DNA of 64,000 nt from a virus. The stretch lies in the IMG/VR virus record IMGVR_UViG_3300045988_090087; one strand, 5' to 3'. How positions within the stretch are numbered: the stretch's first letter is position 1; every line of letters begins with the position of its first letter. The position numbers and the translations under genes are program-made. Positions 47,545-55,741 of the stretch are shown here, piece after piece. A model generated the notes under the pieces. The model saw nothing but the letters and a program-made list of their open reading frames with translations, had not been told where the DNA came from and ran no database searches.

Positions 47545-48409
47545 AAATAATCTTGTCGTAGTAAAACGATGTTAATTGCTTGGAACTCCTAAAGATTTAA
47601 TTACTAAATTATTGAAATAATAAACTAGTAAAAATATTAAATATGATTTTACCTCGGTTAAAAGAAATGGACAATAAGCAGCTTTATAATTTTACAAGAG
47701 AACAAACTCAAGTATTTTTAACAGGACTGTTAGGTGATGGATGTATATCCACTACAAATAGTGGTAGTTATATTTATACCACAAATTGTAAACATCTTGA
47801 ATATTTAGAATTTAAAAAGAAATTATTAGGTAAAGGGAATATTAAACTTCAAGAAAAAAATGGCTATAGTCAAACTCCTATATATACTATGTATGGAGGA
47901 GCTTACCCAGAATTATTTGAGTTTAAAAAATTTACTGTTCAAGATGTTATTGAAAATCTAGATTTACTTGGGTTAGCATTATGGTTTTATGATGATGGCA
48001 GCCTTCATAAAAGAGATTTATATTATAATTTAAATACTCAAAAGTTCCCAAAGTATATACAAGAAGGAATTTTTATTCCATGGTTTGATTCCTTGGGCAT
48101 TAAAGCTAATTTAAGGCACGATACAAAAAGGGAAAAAGAATTGTATTATTTAGGAATTAATAAATATGAAGGAGCTAATATTATTAGTGAAATACTATCA
48201 CGTTATCCATTAGATTGTTACTCTTATAAATTATGGAGTTCAGAGACTATCCTGAAATGGAGTAAGCTGCAAGAGCAGGTGAAAAGCATCGATGAAAATC
48301 TTACTAATAGGCAGTTAGCTTATAAGTGGAGATTTTTATAAGATATAGTCCGAACCTATATGAAAGTATAGGAGAATATATGGAATCGATATATTCGTAA
48401 CAATATATG
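47545..48409 (+). mobile_element. group I intron 2 in polA (865 nt) carrying a LAGLIDADG endonuclease ORF
   Basis: 5' exon ends in T and the intron ends in G. Core elements gttcagagactat and aagatatagtccgaacc. Splicing gives motif C ...YD-EINCE. Confidence 0.7.
47643..48341 (+). CDS. LAGLIDADG homing endonuclease (intron-encoded)
   Basis: Two LAGLIDADG motifs: FLTGLLGDGCIS and LALWFYDDGSL. Confidence 0.8.
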   Translation: MILPRLKEMDNKQLYNFTREQTQVFLTGLLGDGCISTTNSGSYIYTTNCKHLEYLEFKKKLLGKGNIKLQEKNGYSQTPIYTMYGGAYPELFEFKKFTVQDVIENLDLLGLALWFYDDGSLHKRDLYYNLNTQKFPKYIQEGIFIPWFDSLGIKANLRHDTKREKELYYLGINKYEGANIISEILSRYPLDCYSYKLWSSETILKWSKLQEQVKSIDENLTNRQLAYKWRFL

Positions 48410-48571
48410 GAGATTAATTGTGAAGCACCTATAGAAATAGCTGAAAAAGTAGCTATTAGACTTCATGCTATTATGGTTAGAGCAGGAGAAATATTTTGTA
48501 CTAGATGTAAGTTAGATGCAGATATCTCTAGATGTAAAGATGGGACATTACCTAATTACTGGATTCATTAA
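48410..48571 (+). CDS. family A DNA polymerase, exon 3
   Basis: EINCEAPIEIAEKVA... through TAA 48569-48571; completes motif C and the C-terminus. Confidence 0.7.
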   Translation, partial: EINCEAPIEIAEKVAIRLHAIMVRAGEIFCTRCKLDADISRCKDGTLPNYWIH

Positions 48572-48572
48572 A

Positions 48573-48806
48573 ATGGAAATAACTTACACTTGTAACGACT
48601 ATTCATTATATATCGACGGCAAAGAATTCGTTGATATAGATTACGACAAACAAAAAGAAATTTGTCATAAATTAGTAGATAAAGTTTCCGAAGGAGTTTT
48701 ACAAAGATTTATAGAAATTGCTTGTACCGGAATGGGCGAGTATGAACAATTAGATTATTGTGAAACTCATGGAGAATTTGTTGATAAATACGTAATAAAT
48801 ATATGA
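48573..48806 (+). CDS. hypothetical protein
   Basis: Track ORF 48516..48806 trimmed to ATG 48573 (MEITYTCNDY...), just after the polA stop. Confidence 0.5.
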   Translation: MEITYTCNDYSLYIDGKEFVDIDYDKQKEICHKLVDKVSEGVLQRFIEIACTGMGEYEQLDYCETHGEFVDKYVINI

Positions 48807-48946
48807 CATTTATTATAACTAATAAAGATGGTTCTAGAACTCAGTATTCTAACCATTATAACGAAGATAATGAAATTGAAGTAGATGCAGCATGGGATGA
48901 TGTATATGCAAAATTCCCTGAAGCTGATTATATTGAGCAATTTTAA
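48803..48946 (+). CDS. hypothetical protein (47 aa)
   Basis: Hand-translated MTFIITNKDGSRTQ...; ATGA overlap. Confidence 0.4.
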   Translation: MTFIITNKDGSRTQYSNHYNEDNEIEVDAAWDDVYAKFPEADYIEQF

Positions 48947-48948
48947 TT

Positions 48949-49164
48949 ATGGCTAGTAATTCACCAACGTTGATGCAATCTGAAGAGAGATTTTTAGATA
49001 ATCTTAATACAGATATTCCTTTAAAAGAAGAAGATTATACAATATGTTTTTGTATAAGTAAACAAATTTCTACAACTAATATTGAAGATATTAGTAAATC
49101 TTTGCAAAATCGCTTTTTAAGTGAAGGATGGAGTATTGATGATTTTGATTTAGAAAAAGAATGA
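48949..49164 (+). CDS. hypothetical protein
   Basis: 71-aa ORF. Confidence 0.5.
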   Translation: MASNSPTLMQSEERFLDNLNTDIPLKEEDYTICFCISKQISTTNIEDISKSLQNRFLSEGWSIDDFDLEKE

Positions 49165-49190
49165 GTAAATTAATTATATGTATCCTTTAA

Positions 49191-49808
49191 ATGGTAGATA
49201 ATTTTAATATATTTGCTCCTTGGTTTGATAATCTCTCAGACCAAGGAGATTTTTACTTTGTACAAGTAATACAAAGGAAAAAAGAATGCAATATAGGTAG
49301 TAATAATAATGTAATTAAAGATTATCATTTCTTTGATAAAAAATCTTTTTTAAATAAAAAAGAAGAAATAGTTACATTATGTAAAACTTTTAATGCTCGT
49401 GCCTATTTTTGGGTAAATCCTAGAAATTGTAAGCAAGTACAATATGAGATAATTAGAGAGACTCTAGAAGCTATAGAATGTAATTCTAAGAAGTTATTTA
49501 AATGTGTCTCTAAAGCAATAGGTCAAAGAAGAAATTCTGATTATAAATCTAAATGGATATTAGATTTTGATACTAAAGATTGGGGTCTTATAAATAAATA
49601 TTTAGATTTAGTTAGAGAATGTAGACCTTACACAAATATAATATTATATTATATTCCTACAGTAAATGGAATTCATGTAATTACTCTTGGATTTGACTTA
49701 GGACAATTTAAGCAAAAGGTAGCTATAGCTAAATTAGATAATATAGATATACACAAAGATAATCCATCAGTACTTTATCATGATGATGTTAGAGCTTCTA
49801 ATAATTGA
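49191..49808 (+). CDS. hypothetical protein
   Basis: 205-aa ORF. Confidence 0.6.
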   Translation: MVDNFNIFAPWFDNLSDQGDFYFVQVIQRKKECNIGSNNNVIKDYHFFDKKSFLNKKEEIVTLCKTFNARAYFWVNPRNCKQVQYEIIRETLEAIECNSKKLFKCVSKAIGQRRNSDYKSKWILDFDTKDWGLINKYLDLVRECRPYTNIILYYIPTVNGIHVITLGFDLGQFKQKVAIAKLDNIDIHKDNPSVLYHDDVRASNN

Positions 49809-49950
49809 TATAATTATTGTAATTATCTATGGTATAGCTTTAATAGTTATGTTAATTACAAAAGCTTCTTCCGATGAAATTATAACAGCTACTGCAATAT
49901 ATTGTATAGCAGCTACTATAGTAAATGGGATAGTATATCTATATCCTTAG
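49780..49950 (+). CDS. small two-helix membrane protein (56 aa, ends in TAG)
   Basis: Hand-translated MMMLELLIIDIIIVIIYGIALIVML...; TAG 49948-49950 with TAA five codons later. Confidence 0.35.
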   Translation: MMMLELLIIDIIIVIIYGIALIVMLITKASSDEIITATAIYCIAATIVNGIVYLYP

Positions 49951-49982
49951 ATAAATTGTTTATAATTTTAATAATATTTGTT

Positions 49983-50201
49983 ATGTTTTTTAATAAAACT
50001 TTTACTGACGAACTTTCTAGTATTAAATCTGCTTTTCAGTCTACTCACGATAAAACCGCTTCTCTTATAGAGCGAATGAATACTAAAATCACATCTAAAG
50101 AAAATTCTATTAAAGAGTTACAGTATGAAATTAAAGAAATTGAGGATATCAAAGCTCAGGCAGATAATTTTGTAACTAATCTTAAAAATATTCTTGATTA
50201 A
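49983..50201 (+). CDS. hypothetical coiled-coil protein (start uncertain)
   Basis: Track ORF 49902..50201 has a non-ATG start; first ATG at 49983. Confidence 0.45.
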   Translation: MFFNKTFTDELSSIKSAFQSTHDKTASLIERMNTKITSKENSIKELQYEIKEIEDIKAQADNFVTNLKNILD

Positions 50202-50566
50202 TGTATAAAGTAAAAGAAACTTTCGAGTATCTTGTAAACGATCCAAATAACTTTTGCTCAGTACATGATGCCTTAGAAATGGATACAAGTATGCCTTGTC
50301 CTTGTTGGGAGGGAAGTAAAGTTCCTGTAAATGAAAAAGGAGAAGAAGAATCTATCCCATGGGGTAATAGTGAAGTATCTATTACTGATATAGGTAATAT
50401 TGTAAAAATTGATAAGGATACTCTTTTAAAGTTAATTAAGAATTCTGAGAAATTATCAACATTAGAAGAGTGGGGAGTAGATAATTGGATAAATTATGGT
50501 GAAGCCATGCAATATTTGGATGATTCACCTGATGAAGTGTTACTTAAACAATATTTAGATGATTGA
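50201..50566 (+). CDS. hypothetical acidic protein
   Basis: 121-aa ORF, TAATG junction. Confidence 0.55.
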   Translation: MYKVKETFEYLVNDPNNFCSVHDALEMDTSMPCPCWEGSKVPVNEKGEEESIPWGNSEVSITDIGNIVKIDKDTLLKLIKNSEKLSTLEEWGVDNWINYGEAMQYLDDSPDEVLLKQYLDD

Positions 50567-51074
50567 TTTTGAAACTAAAAAAGTACTGTTCATTGATTTG
50601 GACAGTACTTTAATTAAGACTATTTCAGGTAAAACATTTCCTGAAGACATTACTGATTTTAGAGTACAACTTCCTGTATTAGATAAAATAATAGAAAAGA
50701 TGCCTAATCTTAGTATGTTTTTTATAGTAAGTAATCAAGGAGGTTTAAAGACTCTTACAGATAAACGTATTTTTAATTATAAGATATGGGCTGTAGAAGA
50801 TATATGTCATGGCTATTTTATTAATAAACTTAATAATTTTTCATATAGTGATAGCTTGTATTGTTGTTCTATGGATAAGAATAATACTTATCGAAAACCT
50901 AATACTGGAATGCTAGAACAATTATACTATCAATACAAAGTAGAGTCTAAAGATGAATGTATTATGATAGGAGATGCTTCTGGTAAATCAGGAGATTTTT
51001 CAGATTCTGATAAGAGATGTGCTTCAAGATTTTTTATAGATTATATTGACGTTAGAGACTTTTTAGAATTATGA
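50559..51074 (+). CDS. HAD-IIIA phosphatase (polynucleotide 3'-phosphatase-like)
   Basis: Motif I FIDLDSTLI, YRKPNTGML, IGDASG. Confidence 0.7.
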   Translation: MIDFETKKVLFIDLDSTLIKTISGKTFPEDITDFRVQLPVLDKIIEKMPNLSMFFIVSNQGGLKTLTDKRIFNYKIWAVEDICHGYFINKLNNFSYSDSLYCCSMDKNNTYRKPNTGMLEQLYYQYKVESKDECIMIGDASGKSGDFSDSDKRCASRFFIDYIDVRDFLEL

Positions 51075-51445
51075 AATTAAGACTGGACGAATATTATTAC
51101 ATACTTAACATAAATTATGGATGGGAAGAAATAGAAGACTATATGCCTGATGATATTGCAGACAAATATCTAGAATTTTGTGAATCCCATAACTCAGATG
51201 AAGTATATGATTATTTAAAAAGATTATATTCATATATACAGGTAATAAACCTCGAATATACTATTCTTGATATTGATTCAGAGAAAGGTTATGTTGAATA
51301 CAAGGCAATTATAAAAGTCAATAATAAGTATTATTCTTTTGATTATTATCAAAGTCCATATTGGAATTTTAAAGACACAGTAGATGAAGACACAGATTTA
51401 ACAGAAGTATTTCCAAAAGAAGTAACTACAGTTATATATGTATAA
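51071..51445 (+). CDS. hypothetical protein
   Basis: 124-aa ORF. Confidence 0.55.
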   Translation: MKLRLDEYYYILNINYGWEEIEDYMPDDIADKYLEFCESHNSDEVYDYLKRLYSYIQVINLEYTILDIDSEKGYVEYKAIIKVNNKYYSFDYYQSPYWNFKDTVDEDTDLTEVFPKEVTTVIYV

Positions 51446-51466
51446 TCAATCAATAACTATATTAAT

Positions 51467-51776
51467 ATGAATGAATCTTTAAAAAAAATATTCTAATATA
51501 TTTAAACAAATAAAAGATTGCAAATATCCTGACATTACTGTAGAAATTGAAGACTATCCAAGATATAATCCATTTAATATTCATTTAATTATAAGAAATA
51601 AAGATAATCCTTGGTATATAAAATTTGTAACCTCTTCCCAATACCCTTATTATGAGGCATTATGTGGAGAAGAATTACAAAGATATATAAAAAATGCTAG
51701 ACAATTTTTTAAAACAACAAAGAATGAAAAAAATTTTTATTTTTCTAGTAGCTATGGCGTGCTTAACGTCTTGTAA
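51467..51776 (+). pseudogene. ORF split by a frame change at an A8 run (frameshift, slippage site or sequencing error)
   Basis: ATG 51467 frame closes after 9 codons. A protein-like frame (..DYPRYNPFNIHLIIRNKDNPWYIKF..) with no ATG opens at 51483. The two frames would join if the run of eight A at 51481-51488 were one base shorter. Confidence 0.4.
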
Positions 51777-52170
51777 AGAACAGTTTTCTAATGGAGAACG
51801 TGTTGGTACTGTAACTAAATTTAGTAAAGCAGGAGTTTTCTGGGATTCATGGGATGGATTACTTAATGTTACCCAGACTGGTATGAATTCTAGTGGAGAA
51901 CCATTTGCTTTTTCAATGGATAATGATCGTAATGATCAGCAAAAACTTATTGATACATTAGTTAAAGCCCAAGTAGAGGGTTGGAAAATTAAAATTAAAT
52001 ATCACCAAGTTTGGGGATGTAAAAATGTATTTAAAAATAGAGGAGAAAGTGATTATTTTGTAGATGATGTAATTATTCTTGATAAGAACTTCTCAAAAAT
52101 TGGAGATATTGTAAAGGGAACTAATAAAACAGTTCCTCATGATACATTATATGTAAAAATAGTTAAGTAA
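51724..52170 (+). CDS. putative lipoprotein
   Basis: Start moved to MKKIFIFLVAMACLTSC (signal peptide plus lipobox). Confidence 0.6.
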   Translation: MKKIFIFLVAMACLTSCKEQFSNGERVGTVTKFSKAGVFWDSWDGLLNVTQTGMNSSGEPFAFSMDNDRNDQQKLIDTLVKAQVEGWKIKIKYHQVWGCKNVFKNRGESDYFVDDVIILDKNFSKIGDIVKGTNKTVPHDTLYVKIVK

Positions 52171-52171
52171 C

Positions 52172-53059
52172 ATGAAGTTAATTAAACAGTCATTTGAATT
52201 TATCAATCAAACAGATTTCTCTTTAGTGGGAATTAAAAAGCATATTGAAAGATGTGCACGAGTTAGTTATAAAAGCGAAGATAAGATTACAGATACCTCT
52301 TATGAGAAGTTTGTAAATATGCTAGAGTCTAGAGGGCATGATAGACCTCTTGAGTTTGGCACTGTGTATTTATCTAGAACTTCTCAAAAAGAGGATAATA
52401 TGGAATGGCTTGACAAATATGCTTATAATCCTTGGAGTAAATTTAGTTTTGGAAATGGTAGTACTAGAATAAATGGAGAACTTAGAAATACTGTTTATGT
52501 GACTACTAATTACAGAGTGATTAAAGAGCATCATTGGGAGGATGACTTACAATATCTTTGTGAGCCTACTGAATATCATTATAAAAGATATACAATTCAC
52601 ATGATTCTCGATCGCGGAGTTATGGATGAGTTTAGAACTCATGTAGGATTGTCTCATTTGGCTGAAAGTACTCGTTATTGTAATTACTCCAAGGATAAAT
52701 TTGGCAATGAGATTACCTTTATTAAACCATGCTGGTGTAATATTCCTGAAGGAGACTATGATACGCCAGATTATACTCCTGATAGGCTACCTCGTATAGG
52801 AGCAGCAGAATCAGGACTTATTGACGCTCTTCAATATGCAGAATATTACTATTTCTTTCTTTTATCTGAAGGATGGACACCTCAGCAAGCTCGTTCTGTA
52901 CTTCCTCTAAGTATTAAGTCAGAACTTATCTCTTGTGGATTTGAAGATGTTTGGACTAATTTCTTTTACCGTAGAGATGCTCCTGATGCGCACCCAATGG
53001 CTCAAGAAATAGCTAAACCAATGCACAAAAAATTCATTGAATTAACTGAAATGAAATGA
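52172..53059 (+). CDS. thyX: flavin-dependent thymidylate synthase ThyX
   Basis: ThyX signature variant EFRTHVGLSHLAESTRY (consensus RHRxxSxxxxSxR; the first Arg is replaced by Thr here); length typical. Confidence 0.85.
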   Translation: MKLIKQSFEFINQTDFSLVGIKKHIERCARVSYKSEDKITDTSYEKFVNMLESRGHDRPLEFGTVYLSRTSQKEDNMEWLDKYAYNPWSKFSFGNGSTRINGELRNTVYVTTNYRVIKEHHWEDDLQYLCEPTEYHYKRYTIHMILDRGVMDEFRTHVGLSHLAESTRYCNYSKDKFGNEITFIKPCWCNIPEGDYDTPDYTPDRLPRIGAAESGLIDALQYAEYYYFFLLSEGWTPQQARSVLPLSIKSELISCGFEDVWTNFFYRRDAPDAHPMAQEIAKPMHKKFIELTEMK

Positions 53060-53295
53060 TTACTTTAATTATAATATACATAGCATCAATTATAGGAGCT
53101 ATATTAAGTATTAGATACGATGATGACTTTTTCGACGAAAAGCCTTGGACATTATTTTTAGTATTTTGTCCAGTAGTTAATACAGGTCTATCTATACTAG
53201 AATTAATCATACAACTATCATTATTATTGGATATAGTTATACATCTGAATTTAGATAAAAAATTTTATAAATTAATTAGGTTAGGACGAAAATAA
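53056..53295 (+). CDS. small membrane protein
   Basis: Two hydrophobic helices. Confidence 0.5.
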   Translation: MITLIIIYIASIIGAILSIRYDDDFFDEKPWTLFLVFCPVVNTGLSILELIIQLSLLLDIVIHLNLDKKFYKLIRLGRK

Positions 53296-53507
53296 TGAAT
53301 CAATCAATTCCTATTAGTTTATCATATAAAAGAAAACCTTTTGATGCTATGGATGGATTATCCTCAAGTGCATCCTATAATACTATGCCAGAATTCAATG
53401 GAGTTACTGAGGTATACTCTAATAGAAAGACTAATATAGATATTTTAGGAGCTAATAAAAATAGCTTCGATAAATCTTTAACAATATTTTATATTAATGT
53501 ACAGTAA
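53295..53507 (+). CDS. hypothetical protein
   Basis: 70-aa ORF. Confidence 0.4.
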   Translation: MNQSIPISLSYKRKPFDAMDGLSSSASYNTMPEFNGVTEVYSNRKTNIDILGANKNSFDKSLTIFYINVQ

Positions 53508-54579
53508 TACAATACAAGCTAGAATAGAGGCAACATTAAAAGAATTATATAAAGTACATGATACTGTATTTAAACCAGCAGTGATGTATACTATGTATAG
53601 TAACATTCGTGCTTATTTTATAATATTAGATAAAGATAATAAAGCACAACTTTTAAATGCTTTTAATCCTAGAGTAGTAGAACATGAGGATAAATTAGAA
53701 TTAGATAGTGTAACTGATAGTCCTCGTATTTATCAAGAGTACTTCATAAAGGAATTTTCTGATAATGTAGATTATGGAATTTATATTGATGAAGATGAAA
53801 TAGGTCATTATTTTACAGCATATGGAGAAGTTCAAATATTTAGTACTTATATTCAAGTAAATTATAACGATTATAAGCAAGCTGAAAAACTTTTAGAATT
53901 TGTAAAACCACTACCTGAGGATACTGATAAAATTGTAACTTATGATTTAGTAGTATCTACTAATACAGGATTCAGTACTACGGAATGTACAAGTTCTAAA
54001 AATATTGATATTGATGTAAAAAAGAACTACAATGATGATTTACCTTATGATAAATATAAGGAGTTTTGTGAAAAAGACGGTTCTGGTTTAGCGCTAATGT
54101 TCGGAATTCCTGGAAGTGGAAAGACGAGCCTCATAAAAAAGCTTATTTATGATTGTTCTGATACTAATTTTTATATAATGGATTTTTCTATGTTACAAAA
54201 TATAATTTCAGGACAATTTTTATCTTTTCTCTTAGGATTAAAGAATGCTGTAATTATAATGGAAGATTGTGAATATGTATTAAAACGTAGAGATACTCAT
54301 GAAAATCCGCTGATTAATTCTCTTCTAAATATTACAGATGGATTAGTTGGGGATGCTTTAAACATACGATTTTTATGTACTTTTAATGCAGCATTAACAG
54401 ATATAGATGAAGCTTTATTAAGACCTGGAAGACTCAAAGTAAAATATGAGTTTAAAGCTCTAAATAAAGATAAAACTAAAGCTATATGTGGGGATGATAA
54501 AGCTGAAACTTTAGCAGAAATTTATAATAGAGATAAAATAGATTTTAATAAAAAGGAACAAAGAAAGATTGGTTTTTAA
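53497..54579 (+). CDS. AAA+ ATPase
   Basis: Walker A GIPGSGKTS, Walker B IIMEDCE, arginine-finger region LRPGRL. Confidence 0.75.
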   Translation: MYSNTIQARIEATLKELYKVHDTVFKPAVMYTMYSNIRAYFIILDKDNKAQLLNAFNPRVVEHEDKLELDSVTDSPRIYQEYFIKEFSDNVDYGIYIDEDEIGHYFTAYGEVQIFSTYIQVNYNDYKQAEKLLEFVKPLPEDTDKIVTYDLVVSTNTGFSTTECTSSKNIDIDVKKNYNDDLPYDKYKEFCEKDGSGLALMFGIPGSGKTSLIKKLIYDCSDTNFYIMDFSMLQNIISGQFLSFLLGLKNAVIIMEDCEYVLKRRDTHENPLINSLLNITDGLVGDALNIRFLCTFNAALTDIDEALLRPGRLKVKYEFKALNKDKTKAICGDDKAETLAEIYNRDKIDFNKKEQRKIGF

Positions 54580-54778
54580 ATTATCAGATAAGGAGTGTCA
54601 AGCAGCTAAAGAGTTTATAAAAGAACATAATAAGCAGTGCGACACTCCTTATTCAGGAGCTAATGGTTGTCCAAAATTTAGTTATATATTCTCACCTTTT
54701 GGACTAGGTACTTTTGTAGGAATAAGATGTAATGTTTGTAAGAATGAAAAGGATATAACTGATATTAATACATGGTAA
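54569..54778 (+). CDS. small Cys-rich protein (start uncertain)
   Basis: Cys pairs C..C / CNVC; non-ATG track start. Confidence 0.4.
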   Translation: MVFKLSDKECQAAKEFIKEHNKQCDTPYSGANGCPKFSYIFSPFGLGTFVGIRCNVCKNEKDITDINTW

Positions 54779-55314
54779 TAATAGGAATTTCTGGAAAAGC
54801 TACTTCAGGTAAAGACACTGTAGCTAATTATTATAGTAGATTTAGTAAAGCACATTGTACTACTTTACATTTTGCAGATTCTTTAAAAGATTGCTGTCAA
54901 GGATTACTTATACCATTTGGTACTTATGATATGTCTCTACAAGAGACTAAGAAGTTAACTATTCCTTGGATGGGTAAAGGTTATACCGTTAGAAATTTAC
55001 TGCAAGATGTTGGCAATGCTTTTAGACAAAGTATTACTGAAGATTTTTGGGTAAATATTATGATTGGTAAGATTGCAGCTATTAAAAAGAATGGTTCTAT
55101 AGATACTATATTAATTCCAGATGTTCGCTATCCTAACGAATTTAAAATGATAAAAGATTTAGGAGGAGAAGTATGGAGAGTAGAAAGACCTAATATTACA
55201 TTAATGGACCACATTAGTGAGACAGCATTAGATGATTATACTTTTGATAAGATTATTCAAAATAATGGAACTATAACTGATTTACAAAATAAAATTAAAT
55301 GTCTAAGTATTTAG
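54772..55314 (+). CDS. deoxynucleoside monophosphate kinase-like protein
   Basis: N-terminal P-loop IGISGKATSGKDTVA as in phage dNMP kinases; stop is TAG followed directly by TAA. Confidence 0.65.
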   Translation: MVIIGISGKATSGKDTVANYYSRFSKAHCTTLHFADSLKDCCQGLLIPFGTYDMSLQETKKLTIPWMGKGYTVRNLLQDVGNAFRQSITEDFWVNIMIGKIAAIKKNGSIDTILIPDVRYPNEFKMIKDLGGEVWRVERPNITLMDHISETALDDYTFDKIIQNNGTITDLQNKIKCLSI

Positions 55315-55475
55315 TAACTACTAGTAAAGATGTAATTAAATATATATCTTATATTGTAGAAGCCAACTCTCAAGAAGAAGCTGAAGAAAATTGGTGGAGA
55401 GGAGAAATGGCAGATGAATGGTATGAATCATCAGGAGATACTTATGTTGAAGAATCTGAAGAAGTAACAGACTAA
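55299..55475 (+). CDS. hypothetical acidic protein (58 aa)
   Basis: Hand-translated MSKYLVTTSKDVIKY...; below track cutoff. Confidence 0.4.
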   Translation: MSKYLVTTSKDVIKYISYIVEANSQEEAEENWWRGEMADEWYESSGDTYVEESEEVTD

Positions 55476-55687
55476 TGTTTAAAATAAATTTATTAGACGT
55501 AAATGTAGTAGAAGCACAAAAGTGCTGTGATTATTTTGATCAAGGATATGTTTATACAGAAGAAATATATCCGGAGTTGTTTAATAATCCACATGCTAAA
55601 ATTACTATGGTGGGAAAAATAGATATCAGTATATTACAAGATTTAGTAGAAGAAAATAATTTAATTAATACCTTATATTGGTATTAA
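55475..55687 (+). CDS. hypothetical protein
   Basis: Last plus-strand ORF; TAATG junction. Confidence 0.5.
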   Translation: MFKINLLDVNVVEAQKCCDYFDQGYVYTEEIYPELFNNPHAKITMVGKIDISILQDLVEENNLINTLYWY

Positions 55688-55696
55688 ACATTTAAA

Positions 55697-55740
55697 GGGG
55701 CGTAGCTCAGGAGAAATCCTGGGTTACGCCCCTTATTTTT
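55697..55740. terminator. bidirectional rho-independent terminator at the convergence of the two arms
   Basis: GC-rich stem ggggcgta(g)ctcagga / tcctggg(t)tacgcccc with T-run downstream and A/T-rich run upstream; flanked by the last plus-strand stop and the minus-strand TAA at 55742. Confidence 0.8.
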
Positions 55741-55741
55741 T

